A stretch of DNA of 64,000 nt from Nitrospirota bacterium (GTDB taxonomy: Bacteria; Nitrospirota; Thermodesulfovibrionia; UBA6902; DSMQ01). Below, one piece after another: positions 28,603 through 39,644 of the stretch; within the stretch, counting starts at the first letter, position 1, and each line of letters begins with the position of its first letter. The notes beneath the pieces were generated by a model, which ran no database searches, was not told the DNA's origin, and saw only the letters and a program-made list of their open reading frames with translations. The stretch covers positions 4,506 to 68,505 of the forward strand of contig JACQXB010000022.1 of assembly GCA_016208965.1 (NCBI GenBank), read 5' to 3'. Both the position numbers and the translations under genes were made by a program.

Positions 28603-29325
28603 ATGGAAGAAAGACTTCAGAAAATTCTCTCAAAAGCAGGCATTGCATCAAGAAGGATAGCAGAAGAAATAATCCTTGAAGGGAGAGTTACAGTTAATGG
28701 CAAAGTTGCTACTCTGGGGATGAAGGCTGACCCGGGAAAAAACCATATAAAGGTAGATGGCAAGATTATAAAAAGGTTTGAGCACAAGATTTATTTAATA
28801 TTTAATAAACCAAGAACCTGCATTACCTCCATGTATGACCCTGAGGGAAGACCCACGATTAAGGACTTCTTAAAAGGCGTAAAGGCCAAGGTATTTCCTG
28901 TAGGAAGGCTTGATTATGATTCAGAAGGGTTACTTCTCCTTACAAATGATGGAGAACTGGCAAACGCAGTTTTACACCCAAAAAGAGAAATTTCAAAGAC
29001 TTATGACATAAAAGTTAAAGAAATACTTGATGATAAGGATATATTGGAATTAAAAAAAGGTGTTGTCCTTAAGGATGGTATCACAGCTCCTGCAATTGTA
29101 AAAAAAGTAAAAAAGACCGTGAGTAATTCATGGATTGAGATTACAATACATGAGGGCCGAAAAAGACAGATAAGAAGAATGCTTGATAAAATAAACCATC
29201 CTGTTTTAAAACTAAAAAGGATAAGGATTAATGGTATTGAGCTTGGGGAACTCCCTGCAGGTGAATATCGCTACCTTACAGAGAATGAAATTAAAAGACT
29301 TAAAAAAGAGGTTGGGAGGGCATGA
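28603..29325 (+). CDS. pseudouridine synthase, RsuA/RluB family (S4 domain plus catalytic domain)
   Basis: LQKILSKAGIASRR, GRLDYDSEGLLLLTNDGELAN, EGRKRQIRRM. Confidence 0.9.
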   Translation: MEERLQKILSKAGIASRRIAEEIILEGRVTVNGKVATLGMKADPGKNHIKVDGKIIKRFEHKIYLIFNKPRTCITSMYDPEGRPTIKDFLKGVKAKVFPVGRLDYDSEGLLLLTNDGELANAVLHPKREISKTYDIKVKEILDDKDILELKKGVVLKDGITAPAIVKKVKKTVSNSWIEITIHEGRKRQIRRMLDKINHPVLKLKRIRINGIELGELPAGEYRYLTENEIKRLKKEVGRA

Positions 29326-31130
29326 TGCGTGATAAGTGGTGTGGTGAGATAAATGAATCCCATGTAGGTTTAAATGCAAGTATCGCTGGCTGGGTTAACA
29401 GTCGCCGTGACCACGGAGGGCTTATATTTATTGATCTCAGGGATAGAAGCGGCATTGTGCAGGTAGTTTTTAATCCAGAGATTGACGCTAAAGCTCATGA
29501 ACTTGCCCACAAGATAAGAAATGAATATGTACTTCTTATAAAGGGTGAGGTCAGGAAAAGACCCTCGGGAACAGAGAATCCTTCAATCCCGACGGGGGGC
29601 GTGGAGGTAATTACTAAGGAGCTTAAGATACTTAACGAGTGTAAACCCCTTCCCTTTATGATAGAGGATGAAACTGATGCAGGAGAATTCCTGAGACTTA
29701 AACATAGGTACCTTGACATGAGACGTCCTTTAATTCAGAGGAACATTATTCTCAGACACAAAACAACAAAAGCTGTGAGGAATTATCTTAACTTAAATGA
29801 ATTTTTAGAGATAGAAACCCCAGTGCTAACAAAGAGCACACCTGAAGGCGCAAGAGATTATCTTGTCCCAAGCAGGCTGAACCCAGGACATTTTTATGCG
29901 CTTCCCCAGTCCCCACAGCTATTTAAGCAAATACTCATGATATCAGGTCTTGAGAGATACTACCAGATTGTAAAGTGCTTCCGTGACGAAGACCTTAGGG
30001 CAGACAGACAACCTGAGTTCACCCAGATAGACCTTGAGATGTCTTTTGTGGTGGAAGAGGATGTAATGAGGCTTATTGAGGAAATGATGAAGTGCATCTT
30101 TAAGGATGTTCTTGAACAGGAACTTATAACACCATTTATAAGGCTTTCATATAAAGAGGCAATAGATAGGTTTGGCACTGATAAACCTGATTTGAGGTTC
30201 TCGCTTGAGCTTGAAGATGTTAGAGATATTGTAAAAAACTCTTCCTTTCAGGTATTTCTTGATGTTCTATCAAAGGGTGGTATAGTCAAAGGTATAAATG
30301 CAAAGGGCTGCGCAGGTTATTCAAGAAAAGAGATTGACGATCTTACACAGGAAGTTAAAACCTTTGGGGCAAAAGGGCTTGCATGGATAAAGATAAAAAA
30401 TGGCTTTGAATCTCCAATAACAAAGTTTTTCCCCGCTGAGACATTAAAAAAACTTGCAGACAAACTTGAGGCAGAAGATGGTGACCTACTACTCTTTGTT
30501 GCTGATACTGAAAAGGTCGTAAATGATTCACTCGCAAGGTTAAGGAATGAGTTTGGTAAAAGGCTTAACTTAATCAAAGACTCTGAATATAAATTTGCAT
30601 GGATAACCGATTTCCCGCTTCTTGAATGGAATGATGAGGAGAAGAGATACGAGGCAATGCATCACCCATTTACATCGCCAAGGGAAGAGGATATTGAAAA
30701 ATTACTTTCTTTAGACTTTTCCAATCTTGAACTGTTCACTGCTCACTGTTCACTATTCACTGCCTTAAAGGCAAGGGCTTATGACATTGTTCTTAATGGC
30801 CATGAAATTGGTGGGGGAAGTATCCGAATAAACAGGCGCTATATCCAGAATAAGATGTTTGAAGTCCTCGGTATATCTCACAGAGAGGCAGAGGAGAAGT
30901 TTGGATTTCTCCTTGAGGCACTTGACTACGGCGCCCCGCCTCACGGAGGTATCGCCCTCGGTCTTGACAGACTCGTTATGATACTTACAGGCGAAAATTC
31001 CATAAGGGATGTTATAGCATTTCCAAAAACCCAGAAAGCAGTCTGCCCACTAAGTAATGCCCCTTCCATAGTTGATGAAAAACAGATTAAAGAGCTCAAT
31101 ATTAAGATAGATGCAAAAATTGATGAATAA
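29322..31130 (+). CDS. aspS: aspartate--tRNA ligase
   Basis: GWVNSRRDHGGLIFIDLRD, FYALPQSPQLFKQ, CFRDEDLRADRQPEFTQID, HHPFTSP, GGGSIRI, GAPPHGGIALGLDRL. Confidence 0.95.
   Translation: MMRDKWCGEINESHVGLNASIAGWVNSRRDHGGLIFIDLRDRSGIVQVVFNPEIDAKAHELAHKIRNEYVLLIKGEVRKRPSGTENPSIPTGGVEVITKELKILNECKPLPFMIEDETDAGEFLRLKHRYLDMRRPLIQRNIILRHKTTKAVRNYLNLNEFLEIETPVLTKSTPEGARDYLVPSRLNPGHFYALPQSPQLFKQILMISGLERYYQIVKCFRDEDLRADRQPEFTQIDLEMSFVVEEDVMRLIEEMMKCIFKDVLEQELITPFIRLSYKEAIDRFGTDKPDLRFSLELEDVRDIVKNSSFQVFLDVLSKGGIVKGINAKGCAGYSRKEIDDLTQEVKTFGAKGLAWIKIKNGFESPITKFFPAETLKKLADKLEAEDGDLLLFVADTEKVVNDSLARLRNEFGKRLNLIKDSEYKFAWITDFPLLEWNDEEKRYEAMHHPFTSPREEDIEKLLSLDFSNLELFTAHCSLFTALKARAYDIVLNGHEIGGGSIRINRRYIQNKMFEVLGISHREAEEKFGFLLEALDYGAPPHGGIALGLDRLVMILTGENSIRDVIAFPKTQKAVCPLSNAPSIVDEKQIKELNIKIDAKIDE
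30729..30764. repeat. TTCACTG word repeat inserted in-frame in aspS (36 nt)
   Basis: gaactgttcactgctcactgttcactattcactgcc encodes ELFTAHCSLFTA, between the HHPFTSP and ARAYDIVLNG motifs. Confidence 0.7.
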
Positions 31131-31140
31131 TCTAAATTAG

Positions 31141-33153
31141 TTAGAGATAATACTTGGTTACGAGAAATCTATCTGACTCAAGATATTCTATGGCACGATT
31201 GATATCCTCTTTTTTCCCAATTAATAGAATAACATCACCTGTCTTAAGGAGAAAGTTGGCAGATGGGTTCTGATAAATCTCCTCCCCTCGCTGGACAGCG
31301 ATAATTGTAACCCCTGTTTCTGCCCTGAGATGCAGTTCCTTCAGAGTATGTCCGTCCGCCTTTGAAGACTCTCTAATAAGATAAGTCTCTGTCTCTATGT
31401 CTTTTAAAAATTCATGTCTCTCGGATAAATGCTTTTTAGGCAGTTCCACTGTTCTTAACACATTGTAACTGTCTTTTCTGACATTATCTATATGCTCTGT
31501 GATTACATTTCTCGGTATATGGTAGTGGTGAAGAACCTTTGAAAATATCTCTATGGAGGTCTCAAACTCCTCGGGTATAACCTCGGTCGCTCCAAGATTT
31601 ATGAGTTCATCCACCTCTGCCACATATCTCGTCCTCACGATGATATGAAGTACGGGGTTTTCGTGCTTTGCGATCTGAACAATTCTCCTTGTGGCAGCAG
31701 CATCGGATATGGCGATCACAAGCGCCTTTGTCTTGTGAATGCCCATTTTGTGCAATATTTCAGCGCTCGTTCCGTCACCATAATATATAGGCTCCTCTTT
31801 TTCCTTCATCTTTTTTACTGTATTTGCATTCATCTCCAGCACAACATAAGGAATACCTGATTCACGCAGAACCCTTGCGAGGTTTCTGCCATTAATGCCA
31901 AAACCCACTATTATCACGTGACCAGATCTTTTTGTAGGATATCCCCCCTTCTCCCTGCTTCTTTTCATTTGCTCTAATCTTTTCATCGGCGACCTTGAAA
32001 CAAGCCATGCAGATATAGAAGGCGAAGCACTTGCAATAAAAGGCGTAAGGATCATTGTCAAAACAGAAGATGAAAGAAACAGTTGATAGGCATATTCCGT
32101 CAGAAGTCCAGCAGACTTTCCTGCAACCGCAAGCACAAATGAAAACTCGCCTACCTGCGAAAGGTACAGTCCTGTCTGCATGGAAACCCTCATGGACTGC
32201 CCTGCAATAGAAGCTGAGAGCATGCCGGTAACAGTCTTTAACATTAAGATTGCGCACACAACAGTAATTACAGTTCCAACATTACTGACCAGAAAGCCTG
32301 TATCCATAAGCATCCCCACGGATATGAAAAACATGCCTGTAAAACTCTCCTTGAAGGGTAGTATGTCCGATATTGCCTGTGAGGCGTATTCTGACTCTGA
32401 TATCACAATCCCGGCAAGAAATGCACCGAGAGCAAGGGAGAGTCCAAGTTTTGAGGTGAGGAATGCCGTGCCTATACAGAGCAATATTATGGTAATAATA
32501 AACAGTTCGCGGCTTCTGCTCTTTACAATCTCGTGCAGGATGCGCGGCACAGCCCATCTCGCAGAAAAAAGAACCACGCCTACAACCGTAACCGCTTTGA
32601 GCATTGTAAATGTAATCTCTTTAATGCCACCTCCATCTCCTGCAAGCACCGGCACAAGAAGCATAAATGGGATCACGCAGAGGTCTTGAAAAATAAGGAT
32701 ACCCACGGATGTGCGTCCGTGAGGGCTATTTATTTCGGCCCTGTCCATCAGGAGTTTAAGGACTATTGCGGTGCTGCTTAATGCCACTAAGAAACCATTA
32801 AAGATGGCTGCATTCAGCCCCTGCTTAAGGAAGAAAAAGCTGAGGAGGACAACCAACCCTGTAGTTAATGTAACCTGCATTATCCCCCCGCCTATGACCT
32901 GGGCACGGAGCATCATAAGATTCCTCATTGAAAACTCAAGCCCGATGGTAAACATGAGGAGTATTACTCCGATTTCAGCAAGAAGCTCTACTTTATGGAC
33001 ATCTTCAATAAACCCAAAACCATGTGGTCCCAGTATGATCCCTGCAATCAGAAATCCAACGATAGAGGGTATATTAAGCCTTCCTAAGATAAAAACCACA
33101 AAGGCCGAGACACCAAAAATTACTACCAGCGCTTTTAAAAATTCCAGTTCCAT
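31141..33153 (-). CDS. CPA2-family monovalent cation:proton antiporter with C-terminal RCK (TrkA-N/TrkA-C) domains (Kef-like)
   Basis: Polytopic N-terminal domain, then HVIIVGFGINGRNLARVL (Rossmann) and a TrkA-C-like tail. Confidence 0.85.
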   Translation of the reverse strand: MELEFLKALVVIFGVSAFVVFILGRLNIPSIVGFLIAGIILGPHGFGFIEDVHKVELLAEIGVILLMFTIGLEFSMRNLMMLRAQVIGGGIMQVTLTTGLVVLLSFFFLKQGLNAAIFNGFLVALSSTAIVLKLLMDRAEINSPHGRTSVGILIFQDLCVIPFMLLVPVLAGDGGGIKEITFTMLKAVTVVGVVLFSARWAVPRILHEIVKSRSRELFIITIILLCIGTAFLTSKLGLSLALGAFLAGIVISESEYASQAISDILPFKESFTGMFFISVGMLMDTGFLVSNVGTVITVVCAILMLKTVTGMLSASIAGQSMRVSMQTGLYLSQVGEFSFVLAVAGKSAGLLTEYAYQLFLSSSVLTMILTPFIASASPSISAWLVSRSPMKRLEQMKRSREKGGYPTKRSGHVIIVGFGINGRNLARVLRESGIPYVVLEMNANTVKKMKEKEEPIYYGDGTSAEILHKMGIHKTKALVIAISDAAATRRIVQIAKHENPVLHIIVRTRYVAEVDELINLGATEVIPEEFETSIEIFSKVLHHYHIPRNVITEHIDNVRKDSYNVLRTVELPKKHLSERHEFLKDIETETYLIRESSKADGHTLKELHLRAETGVTIIAVQRGEEIYQNPSANFLLKTGDVILLIGKKEDINRAIEYLESDRFLVTKYYL

Positions 33154-33216
33154 ATTTTTTTAATAACAGTTCCGGGGCATTGAAGCATCATTTCTAATAG
33201 CTGAAATGGCTAAATA

Positions 33217-33891
33217 TTATTTCTCCTTAATCTCAGCGTCTGTCGTACTCATGATGAGTTTGCTGTAATAATCCTTCAGTAATTCACAGACCTCTTTCGT
33301 GTCATCCGTGATCTTAAAAAGTGTCATATCGCTACGTCTTATTGTTCCCTGCAGGATAAGGGTATTCTCCATCCAGTCAATTAACCCCTTCCAGTATTCA
33401 CTGCCAAAAAGGATAACCGGGAATGAATTTATCTTGTGGGTCTGAACAAGTGTCAATGCTTCAAACATTTCATCCATAGTGCCAAACCCGCCCGGAAATA
33501 TTACAAAGGCTATGGCATACTTTACAAACATGAGCTTTCTTGCAAAAAAGTATCTGAAATCAAGTGTGATGTCCTGATATTCATTTGGTACCTGCTCATG
33601 GGGGAGTTGGATGTTCAGGCCGACAGATTTGCTTTTGCCCATCTTCGCCCCTTTATTTGCGCCTTCCATAATTCCAGGTCCACCGCCTGTGATAACGGAA
33701 AAACCTGCATCTGAAAGCATCTTCCCAACTTCCACCGCCTTCTGGTAATAGTACGAGTCCTCTGCAAGCCTTGAACTGCCGAATATTGTGACAGCCGGGC
33801 CAAGGTCATAAAGGGTCTCAAAACCGTCTACCAGTTCGGACTGTATCCTGAAAACACGCCATGTATCTGTCTTCCTTAAATCTTCAATCAT
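33217..33891 (-). CDS. LOG family / TIGR00730 Rossmann-fold nucleotide-binding protein
   Basis: ITGGGPGIMEGANKGA ... FPGGFGTMDEMFEALTLVQT. Confidence 0.85.
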   Translation of the reverse strand: MIEDLRKTDTWRVFRIQSELVDGFETLYDLGPAVTIFGSSRLAEDSYYYQKAVEVGKMLSDAGFSVITGGGPGIMEGANKGAKMGKSKSVGLNIQLPHEQVPNEYQDITLDFRYFFARKLMFVKYAIAFVIFPGGFGTMDEMFEALTLVQTHKINSFPVILFGSEYWKGLIDWMENTLILQGTIRRSDMTLFKITDDTKEVCELLKDYYSKLIMSTTDAEIKEK

Positions 33892-35012
33892 TTTAATCCT
33901 CCTTCCGGTCCCATAAGCTGTACATATTTTGCTATGCCGTTTCTTGTAATTAAGCCGACAATTGTATCGCCCTCTTTTACAACCAGCCTTCCCACATCTT
34001 CTTTTATCATCACCTCAAGTGCCTTCATTACCTCCTCATTAGGGGATATTTCCCACAGCCTTTTATGAGGCACATAGACATCGGATACTTTCTTATTTTT
34101 GTGGTTTTCTCTGGAAACACTTTTCACTTCTTTAAGGGTTATCATGCCGATATATTTTCCATCTTCAACCACAGGAAAGCCGCCGTATCCATATCGCAAA
34201 AAATAGTCATTCACTGCATCCTCAAGGGTTATGGATGGACTCATGGTCACTAAATCCCTTACCATTATATCAGTTACTTTAACACCCAATAGAACCTCCT
34301 GCAGGGCCGACTGCTGATAACTTGCCTGAGATGCTGTATAGAGAAACCACCCTATCAGCATCAGCCATAAACCGCCAGCTACACCTGCAAATATGGAAAA
34401 TATTCCGAAAAAAATAAAAAACAGGGCTATTTTCTGCCCTATGCCTGATGCCTTCCGGGTTGCATAAAAGAAATCCTTTTTCTTTTCCCATATTATTGCC
34501 CTCAGTACCCTTCCGCCATCCATGGGGAAGCCGGGAATAAGATTAAACACTCCAAGTATAAGGTTGATACGTGCAAGATATGAAAAAAGTGCCTTTGTTC
34601 CGTCATCGGTATTCAGGGATATGTAAAAGAAAATTATGGAGAGAAAAAAACTCGAAAGCGGGCCAGCAACAGCTATCCTTAACTCTGCCTTTGGATGCGG
34701 CGGCTCGCCCTTCATATGAGCAACCCCTCCAAATATAAAAAGGGTGATGCTTGCTATAGAAAGACCGTATCTCTTTGCTACAAAGGAATGGGCAAGTTCA
34801 TGAAAGGCGACAGATGCAAAAAGCAGAAGCGCAGCAAGTGTCCCCTTAATCCAGTAGGAAGTCGCAGGAAGCTCAGGGGCTGCCTCCGGGAAATAGTAGG
34901 TGGACAGCGACCATGTTATCAAGCCAAAGACAATAAACCATGAGAAATGCACCCTTATGGGTATTCCCATTATCGTCCCTATCTTCCATGCACCTTGAAA
35001 TAATCCGTTCAT
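33888..35012 (-). CDS. site-2 protease family (M50) zinc metalloprotease with tandem CBS domains
   Basis: HELAHSFVAKRYG and NLIPGFPMDGGR; the C-terminal CBS pair. Confidence 0.85.
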   Translation of the reverse strand: MNGLFQGAWKIGTIMGIPIRVHFSWFIVFGLITWSLSTYYFPEAAPELPATSYWIKGTLAALLLFASVAFHELAHSFVAKRYGLSIASITLFIFGGVAHMKGEPPHPKAELRIAVAGPLSSFFLSIIFFYISLNTDDGTKALFSYLARINLILGVFNLIPGFPMDGGRVLRAIIWEKKKDFFYATRKASGIGQKIALFFIFFGIFSIFAGVAGGLWLMLIGWFLYTASQASYQQSALQEVLLGVKVTDIMVRDLVTMSPSITLEDAVNDYFLRYGYGGFPVVEDGKYIGMITLKEVKSVSRENHKNKKVSDVYVPHKRLWEISPNEEVMKALEVMIKEDVGRLVVKEGDTIVGLITRNGIAKYVQLMGPEGGLK

Positions 35013-35031
35013 AGAATCATCCTTTCAACTC

Positions 35032-37404
35032 TCATTCTGTCCACTTCCACTCACGAATCTCCGGCATGTCCTGCCCATAACGCGTAATATACTGCCTGTG
35101 ATCAATGAGTTTATCGCGTACAAACTGTTTAATGTAAGGCGATATATGCTCAAACTTATGAACACGATCAATAACATCAGCAACAAGATGAAAGCGGTCA
35201 AGGTCATTGAGTACACACATATCAAAGGGCGTGGTGGTTGTTCCCTCTTCTTTATATCCCCGCACATGCAGATTTTTATGGTTTGTCCTGCGATAAGTAA
35301 GCCTATGTATAAGCCATGGATAGCCGTGATAAGCGAATATAATCGGCTTGTCTGTGGTAAAGAGGGTATCAAACTCCTTGTCCGACAGTCCATGGGGATG
35401 CTCTTCTTTTGGCTGAAGAGTCATGAGGTCAACTACATTAATCACACGCACTTTCAAATCAGGCGATTGTTGGCGCAGTATGTCTACGGCAGCAAGCGTT
35501 TCGAGTGTAGGCACATCACCTGCGCACGCCATTACAACATCCGGCTCATAATCTTTATCATTGCTCGCCCATTCCCATATACCTATTCCGGCTGTACAGT
35601 GTTTGATTGCTGCATCCATATCAAGCCATTGCGGCTGAGATTGTTTCCCTGCCACAATCACATTGATGAAGTTACGGCTTCGCAGGCATTTGTCAGTCAC
35701 AAACAGCAGGGTGTTGGCATCAGGAGGAAGATACACACGAATAATATCCGCCTTCTTGTTTACTACAATATCAATAAAGCCTGGATCCTGATGTGAGAAT
35801 CCGTTATGATCCTGCCTCCATACATGAGATGTCAGCAGATAGTTGAGAGAAGCAATCGGCCGCCGCCATGGAATCTCTTTTGTTACCTTAAGCCACTTGG
35901 CATGTTGGTTAAACATTGAATCCACAATATGAATAAATGCCTCATAGCAAGAAAAAAGCCCATGTCGTCCGGTGAGGAGATACCCTTCCAGCCAGCCCTG
36001 ACATGTATGCTCACTGAGGATTTCCATTACCCTTCCGCTGACGGAAAGGTGTTCATCTTCAGGAAACGTCTTACACATCCATGCCTTATCAGTTGCTTCA
36101 AATAACGCATCGAGACGGTTGGATGCAGTTTCATCCGGTCCGAATACTCGAAAATTCCTGCTGTCAAGATTAAGTTTCATAACATCGCGCAGGAAACGTC
36201 CCATCTCGCGAGTGGGCTCTCCTGTAGCCTGTCCTGGTCCATGCACATCAATTCCATATTCACGGAAATCAGGCATTTTTAAATCCTTAAGCAGCACGCC
36301 TCCGTTGGCATGCGGATTAGCGCCCATGCGGCGGTCTCCTTTGGGAGCAATCGCAGCAATCTGCGGCATCAATTTCCCATTCTCATCAAACAGTTCTTCA
36401 GGTTTATAGCTTCTCATCCAGTCTTCAAGGAGTTTTATATGGTCAGGCCTCGTTGCCATATCAGAAAAAGGAACCTGATGCGAACGCCATGAGCCTTCTG
36501 TTTTCAGTCCGTCAACTTCTTTTGGTCCTGTCCAGCCCTTTGGAGTCCTCAGTATAAGTATTGGCCATCTATGCCCTGCGATAATTCCATGTGCACGGGC
36601 ATCGTCCTGAATTCTCTTTATATCGCCAATAATTGTCTCAAACGTTGACGACATGAGCTGATGCATATACTCTGGTTCATCCCCTTCAACAAAATAAGGC
36701 TTATAGCCATAACCAATAAAAAGGCTTTCCAATTCTTCACGGCTTATCCGCGCAAGTATTGTTGGATTTGCTATCTTATAGCCGTTTAGATGCAGGATAG
36801 GAAGCACGGCTCCGTCACGAACTGGATTTAGAAACTTGTTTGAATGCCATGCAGTGGCAAGAGGGCCGGTTTCGGCTTCACCGTCGCCCACTACACAAGC
36901 AACTATAAGGTCAGGGTTATCAAATGCAGCGCCAAAGGCATGTGAAATTGAATAACCGAGTTCTCCGCCTTCGTGAATGGAACCAGGTATCTCAGGCGAG
37001 GCATGGCTTGATATACCGCCGGGAAAGGAAAACTGTTTAAAGAGTTTTTTTATTCCCTCGGCATCCTGGGTTATATGAGGATAAAAATCAGTGTAAGTCC
37101 CTTCAAGATATGTATTTGCAACAACTGCCGGACCGCCGTGTCCCGGTCCTGTTATATAAATCATATTGAGATCGTAAGCAGTTATGACTCTGTTAAGATG
37201 AACATAAATAAAATTAAGCCCCGGGGTAGTTCCCCAGTGACCGATCAGCCGGGGTTTGATATGCCCAATATTTATAGGCTCTCTCAAAAGCGGATTATTA
37301 TAGAGATATATCTGTCCGACAGAAAGATAATTTGCAGCACGCCAGTATGCATCAATATTTTTTAGTTCTTCCTTAGAAAGAATATTTGGCATTGCAGCCT
37401 CCAT
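35032..37404 (-). CDS. xfp: phosphoketolase (xylulose-5-P/fructose-6-P)
   Basis: 790 aa: [54 protein letters not shown]. Confidence 0.95.
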   Translation of the reverse strand: MEAAMPNILSKEELKNIDAYWRAANYLSVGQIYLYNNPLLREPINIGHIKPRLIGHWGTTPGLNFIYVHLNRVITAYDLNMIYITGPGHGGPAVVANTYLEGTYTDFYPHITQDAEGIKKLFKQFSFPGGISSHASPEIPGSIHEGGELGYSISHAFGAAFDNPDLIVACVVGDGEAETGPLATAWHSNKFLNPVRDGAVLPILHLNGYKIANPTILARISREELESLFIGYGYKPYFVEGDEPEYMHQLMSSTFETIIGDIKRIQDDARAHGIIAGHRWPILILRTPKGWTGPKEVDGLKTEGSWRSHQVPFSDMATRPDHIKLLEDWMRSYKPEELFDENGKLMPQIAAIAPKGDRRMGANPHANGGVLLKDLKMPDFREYGIDVHGPGQATGEPTREMGRFLRDVMKLNLDSRNFRVFGPDETASNRLDALFEATDKAWMCKTFPEDEHLSVSGRVMEILSEHTCQGWLEGYLLTGRHGLFSCYEAFIHIVDSMFNQHAKWLKVTKEIPWRRPIASLNYLLTSHVWRQDHNGFSHQDPGFIDIVVNKKADIIRVYLPPDANTLLFVTDKCLRSRNFINVIVAGKQSQPQWLDMDAAIKHCTAGIGIWEWASNDKDYEPDVVMACAGDVPTLETLAAVDILRQQSPDLKVRVINVVDLMTLQPKEEHPHGLSDKEFDTLFTTDKPIIFAYHGYPWLIHRLTYRRTNHKNLHVRGYKEEGTTTTPFDMCVLNDLDRFHLVADVIDRVHKFEHISPYIKQFVRDKLIDHRQYITRYGQDMPEIREWKWTE

Positions 37405-38527
37405 AAAAAAGTTGCTTTTTCTCTAACACTGAAACCGCCTCTTCCGCAATAACAGATGCCTCATCAACAGGAATAACCCATACCGCAGTATTGCTATTCT
37501 CTGCACTGATACATGCCTCTTCTCCAATTGTAGCGCTATTAGAGGACATGTCAAGAATTACTCCCATCCATTCCATGCCATTAAGTATCTTTTCTCTCAC
37601 ATGCGGGGAATTTTCTCCGATGCCTCCCCCAAAGAGGAACGCATCAGCGCCGCCAAGAACACTCATATAAGCGCCTATATATTTTCTGGCGCGGCAGCAG
37701 AATAACTCCACTGCAAAACGTGCATCAGGACAACTGTCTTGAAGGAGAACCCTCATGTCACTGCTTATTCCGGATATGCCGAGAAGCCCCGATGAATGAT
37801 TAAGCATTTTTTGAATCTCCGCAAGTGATATGCCTGCTGAATGCTCAAGATGGAATATAATTTCGGGATCTATATCGCCTGAACGTGTTGCCATGACCAG
37901 CCCTTCAAGCGTAGAAAATCCCATTGATGTATCTACTGCCCTTCCATGCCTTACTGCGGTTACCGAACATCCCGCCCCAAGCTGAAGAGAAATTACATTT
38001 CCTCCATCTTTCAAGTCAGGCTTTAGTTTTTTCCATCGTTTCAACATAGCGATGTGGGCAATACCGTGAAATCCATAACGTCGTATCCCATACTGTCTGC
38101 ACAAATCCTTTGGCAGTGCGTAAAATGCAGCAACTTCAGGCAGGTCAGCATAAAACGATGTATCAAAGACCGCCGCCTGAGGAACTGCATCGCCGAACAT
38201 TTTACTGCATGTCCTTATCCATTTCAGTGCATGGGGATTGTGCAGCGGCGCAAGAGAGGAAAGTTTGTCAATCTCCGATTCAACTGCGTTATTGATAAAA
38301 CAAGAGCCTGTAAACCTTGTTCCACCGTGAACAATGCGGTGCGCAATAATATGTATATCTTTAACATTATGCTCCTGAATAAATAGTTCTAAGACAGACG
38401 ACGGCTCTCCTTCAATGGTATATTTCCTGTCAGCAAGCTTACTGATCCCGTTGCCATTTTTTACAAATACAGCAAGTCTAATGGATGAACTTCCTGCATT
38501 TACAGTCAGAATAGTTATTTCTGCCAA
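37373..38527 (-). CDS. ackA: acetate kinase
   Basis: [39 protein letters not shown]. Confidence 0.9.
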   Translation of the reverse strand: MAEITILTVNAGSSSIRLAVFVKNGNGISKLADRKYTIEGEPSSVLELFIQEHNVKDIHIIAHRIVHGGTRFTGSCFINNAVESEIDKLSSLAPLHNPHALKWIRTCSKMFGDAVPQAAVFDTSFYADLPEVAAFYALPKDLCRQYGIRRYGFHGIAHIAMLKRWKKLKPDLKDGGNVISLQLGAGCSVTAVRHGRAVDTSMGFSTLEGLVMATRSGDIDPEIIFHLEHSAGISLAEIQKMLNHSSGLLGISGISSDMRVLLQDSCPDARFAVELFCCRARKYIGAYMSVLGGADAFLFGGGIGENSPHVREKILNGMEWMGVILDMSSNSATIGEEACISAENSNTAVWVIPVDEASVIAEEAVSVLEKKQLFYGGCNAKYSF

Positions 38528-38539
38528 TCTTTTTCCTCT

Positions 38540-38599
38540 CTAAGATAGACCGTTCTGTATCGTCCCTATCTTCCACGCACCCTGAAATAATCCGTTCAT
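38540..38599 (-). pseudogene. duplicated 5' fragment of the M50 protease gene (19 codons) immediately upstream of ackA
   Basis: 38557-38599 matches 34970-35012 at 41 of 43 positions. Translation MNGLFQGAWKIGTIQNGLS* versus MNGLFQGAWKIGTIMGIP... in the intact gene. Confidence 0.75.
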
Positions 38600-38645
38600 G
38601 ATACCCCCCCTTCCCTAAAGTGCTTTCACACTTTACAGTAATAAG

Positions 38646-39644
38646 CTACCTCAGCATATACAGTAACATCAGATTAACTATATACACCATCAAAATCCCC
38701 ATAGAATCCCATGCCAAAAACAATCTCTTTTTCTCTGCACGGTATGTCAAACCAATAATCGCAATGGTTGTCATGGTAATAGAGGATATGGCAGAGATTA
38801 TGTGATTCTGGCTGACAGAAGAAAGTATCGGACCATTCACAAAAAAGATGTCATCAATAGCGAGGATAAAGATATTAAAAATATTGCTTCCGAATAAGTT
38901 TCCTATGGCAAGGTCTATGGCACTTATTTTTACAGCAGAGATGGAAACTACAACTTCTGGAAGTGATGTTGAAATCGCAATAAAAATATTTCCTACAAAG
39001 GTCTGCCCGAGACCTGTTGTTTCTGCAATGCCCTCGCCGATTTTTGGTAAAAATATAGCAGCGATAATAACAACAATCGCATTGACTGTATAATTTGTAA
39101 CAGCAGTCTTTGTTGAAATGTCTTTATATTTCAGTTCAGCAGTCATTTCTTTTATATATTCGGATATTTGACGTTTTTCATAAGAGAAGACCACGCTCAT
39201 TGCAATAAAATAAATAGCGAAAAATAACAGACTATATACGCCTATCCATCCTAATGCAAAAACCTTACTGCCTAAGAAAAGGCTCACGGTAACTATACTT
39301 AGAAGCAATATGCCAAATCCTGCGGAAAGAATATGCCCGTGATGTGCCTTTGTGGATATTGGCATAGGACGATATACAGCATCAAGGAGGGCAAGAATGA
39401 GCATATTAAAAACACAGCTTCCAAGCACATCACCTACTGCAATATCAGGAACTCCTGCATAAGTAACAGAGCTTATCCCTGTAGCAAGCTCAGGAAGAGA
39501 TGTAACAGACGCCATAAGCACCACACCTATCCATACTCTTCCAAGCCCTGACTTTTCAGCAATAATATCTCCGTATCTTGAAAGCCTCGTGCCTGAATAA
39601 ACAATTAAGGATGAGCAGATTAAAAATCCGAGCCATAGAAGCAT
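38646..39644 (-). CDS. Ca2+/cation antiporter (CaCA, YrbG-like) membrane protein
   Basis: Two alpha-repeat motifs, TSLPELATG and TSLPEVVVS; about 10 hydrophobic segments. Confidence 0.8.
   Translation of the reverse strand: MLLWLGFLICSSLIVYSGTRLSRYGDIIAEKSGLGRVWIGVVLMASVTSLPELATGISSVTYAGVPDIAVGDVLGSCVFNMLILALLDAVYRPMPISTKAHHGHILSAGFGILLLSIVTVSLFLGSKVFALGWIGVYSLLFFAIYFIAMSVVFSYEKRQISEYIKEMTAELKYKDISTKTAVTNYTVNAIVVIIAAIFLPKIGEGIAETTGLGQTFVGNIFIAISTSLPEVVVSISAVKISAIDLAIGNLFGSNIFNIFILAIDDIFFVNGPILSSVSQNHIISAISSITMTTIAIIGLTYRAEKKRLFLAWDSMGILMVYIVNLMLLYMLR

Noticed and set aside
31892-33163. Several 80-170-aa ORFs on both strands within 31.9-33.2 kb
   Set aside because: All overlap the CPA2 antiporter gene. 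None has motifs, so they are typical shadow ORFs.
35025-35796. ORFs 35025..35393 (-) and 35098..35796 (+) overlapping the phosphoketolase gene
   Set aside because: They are alternative-frame or antisense ORFs within a 790-aa gene of unmistakable Xfp sequence. Their composition is low-complexity.
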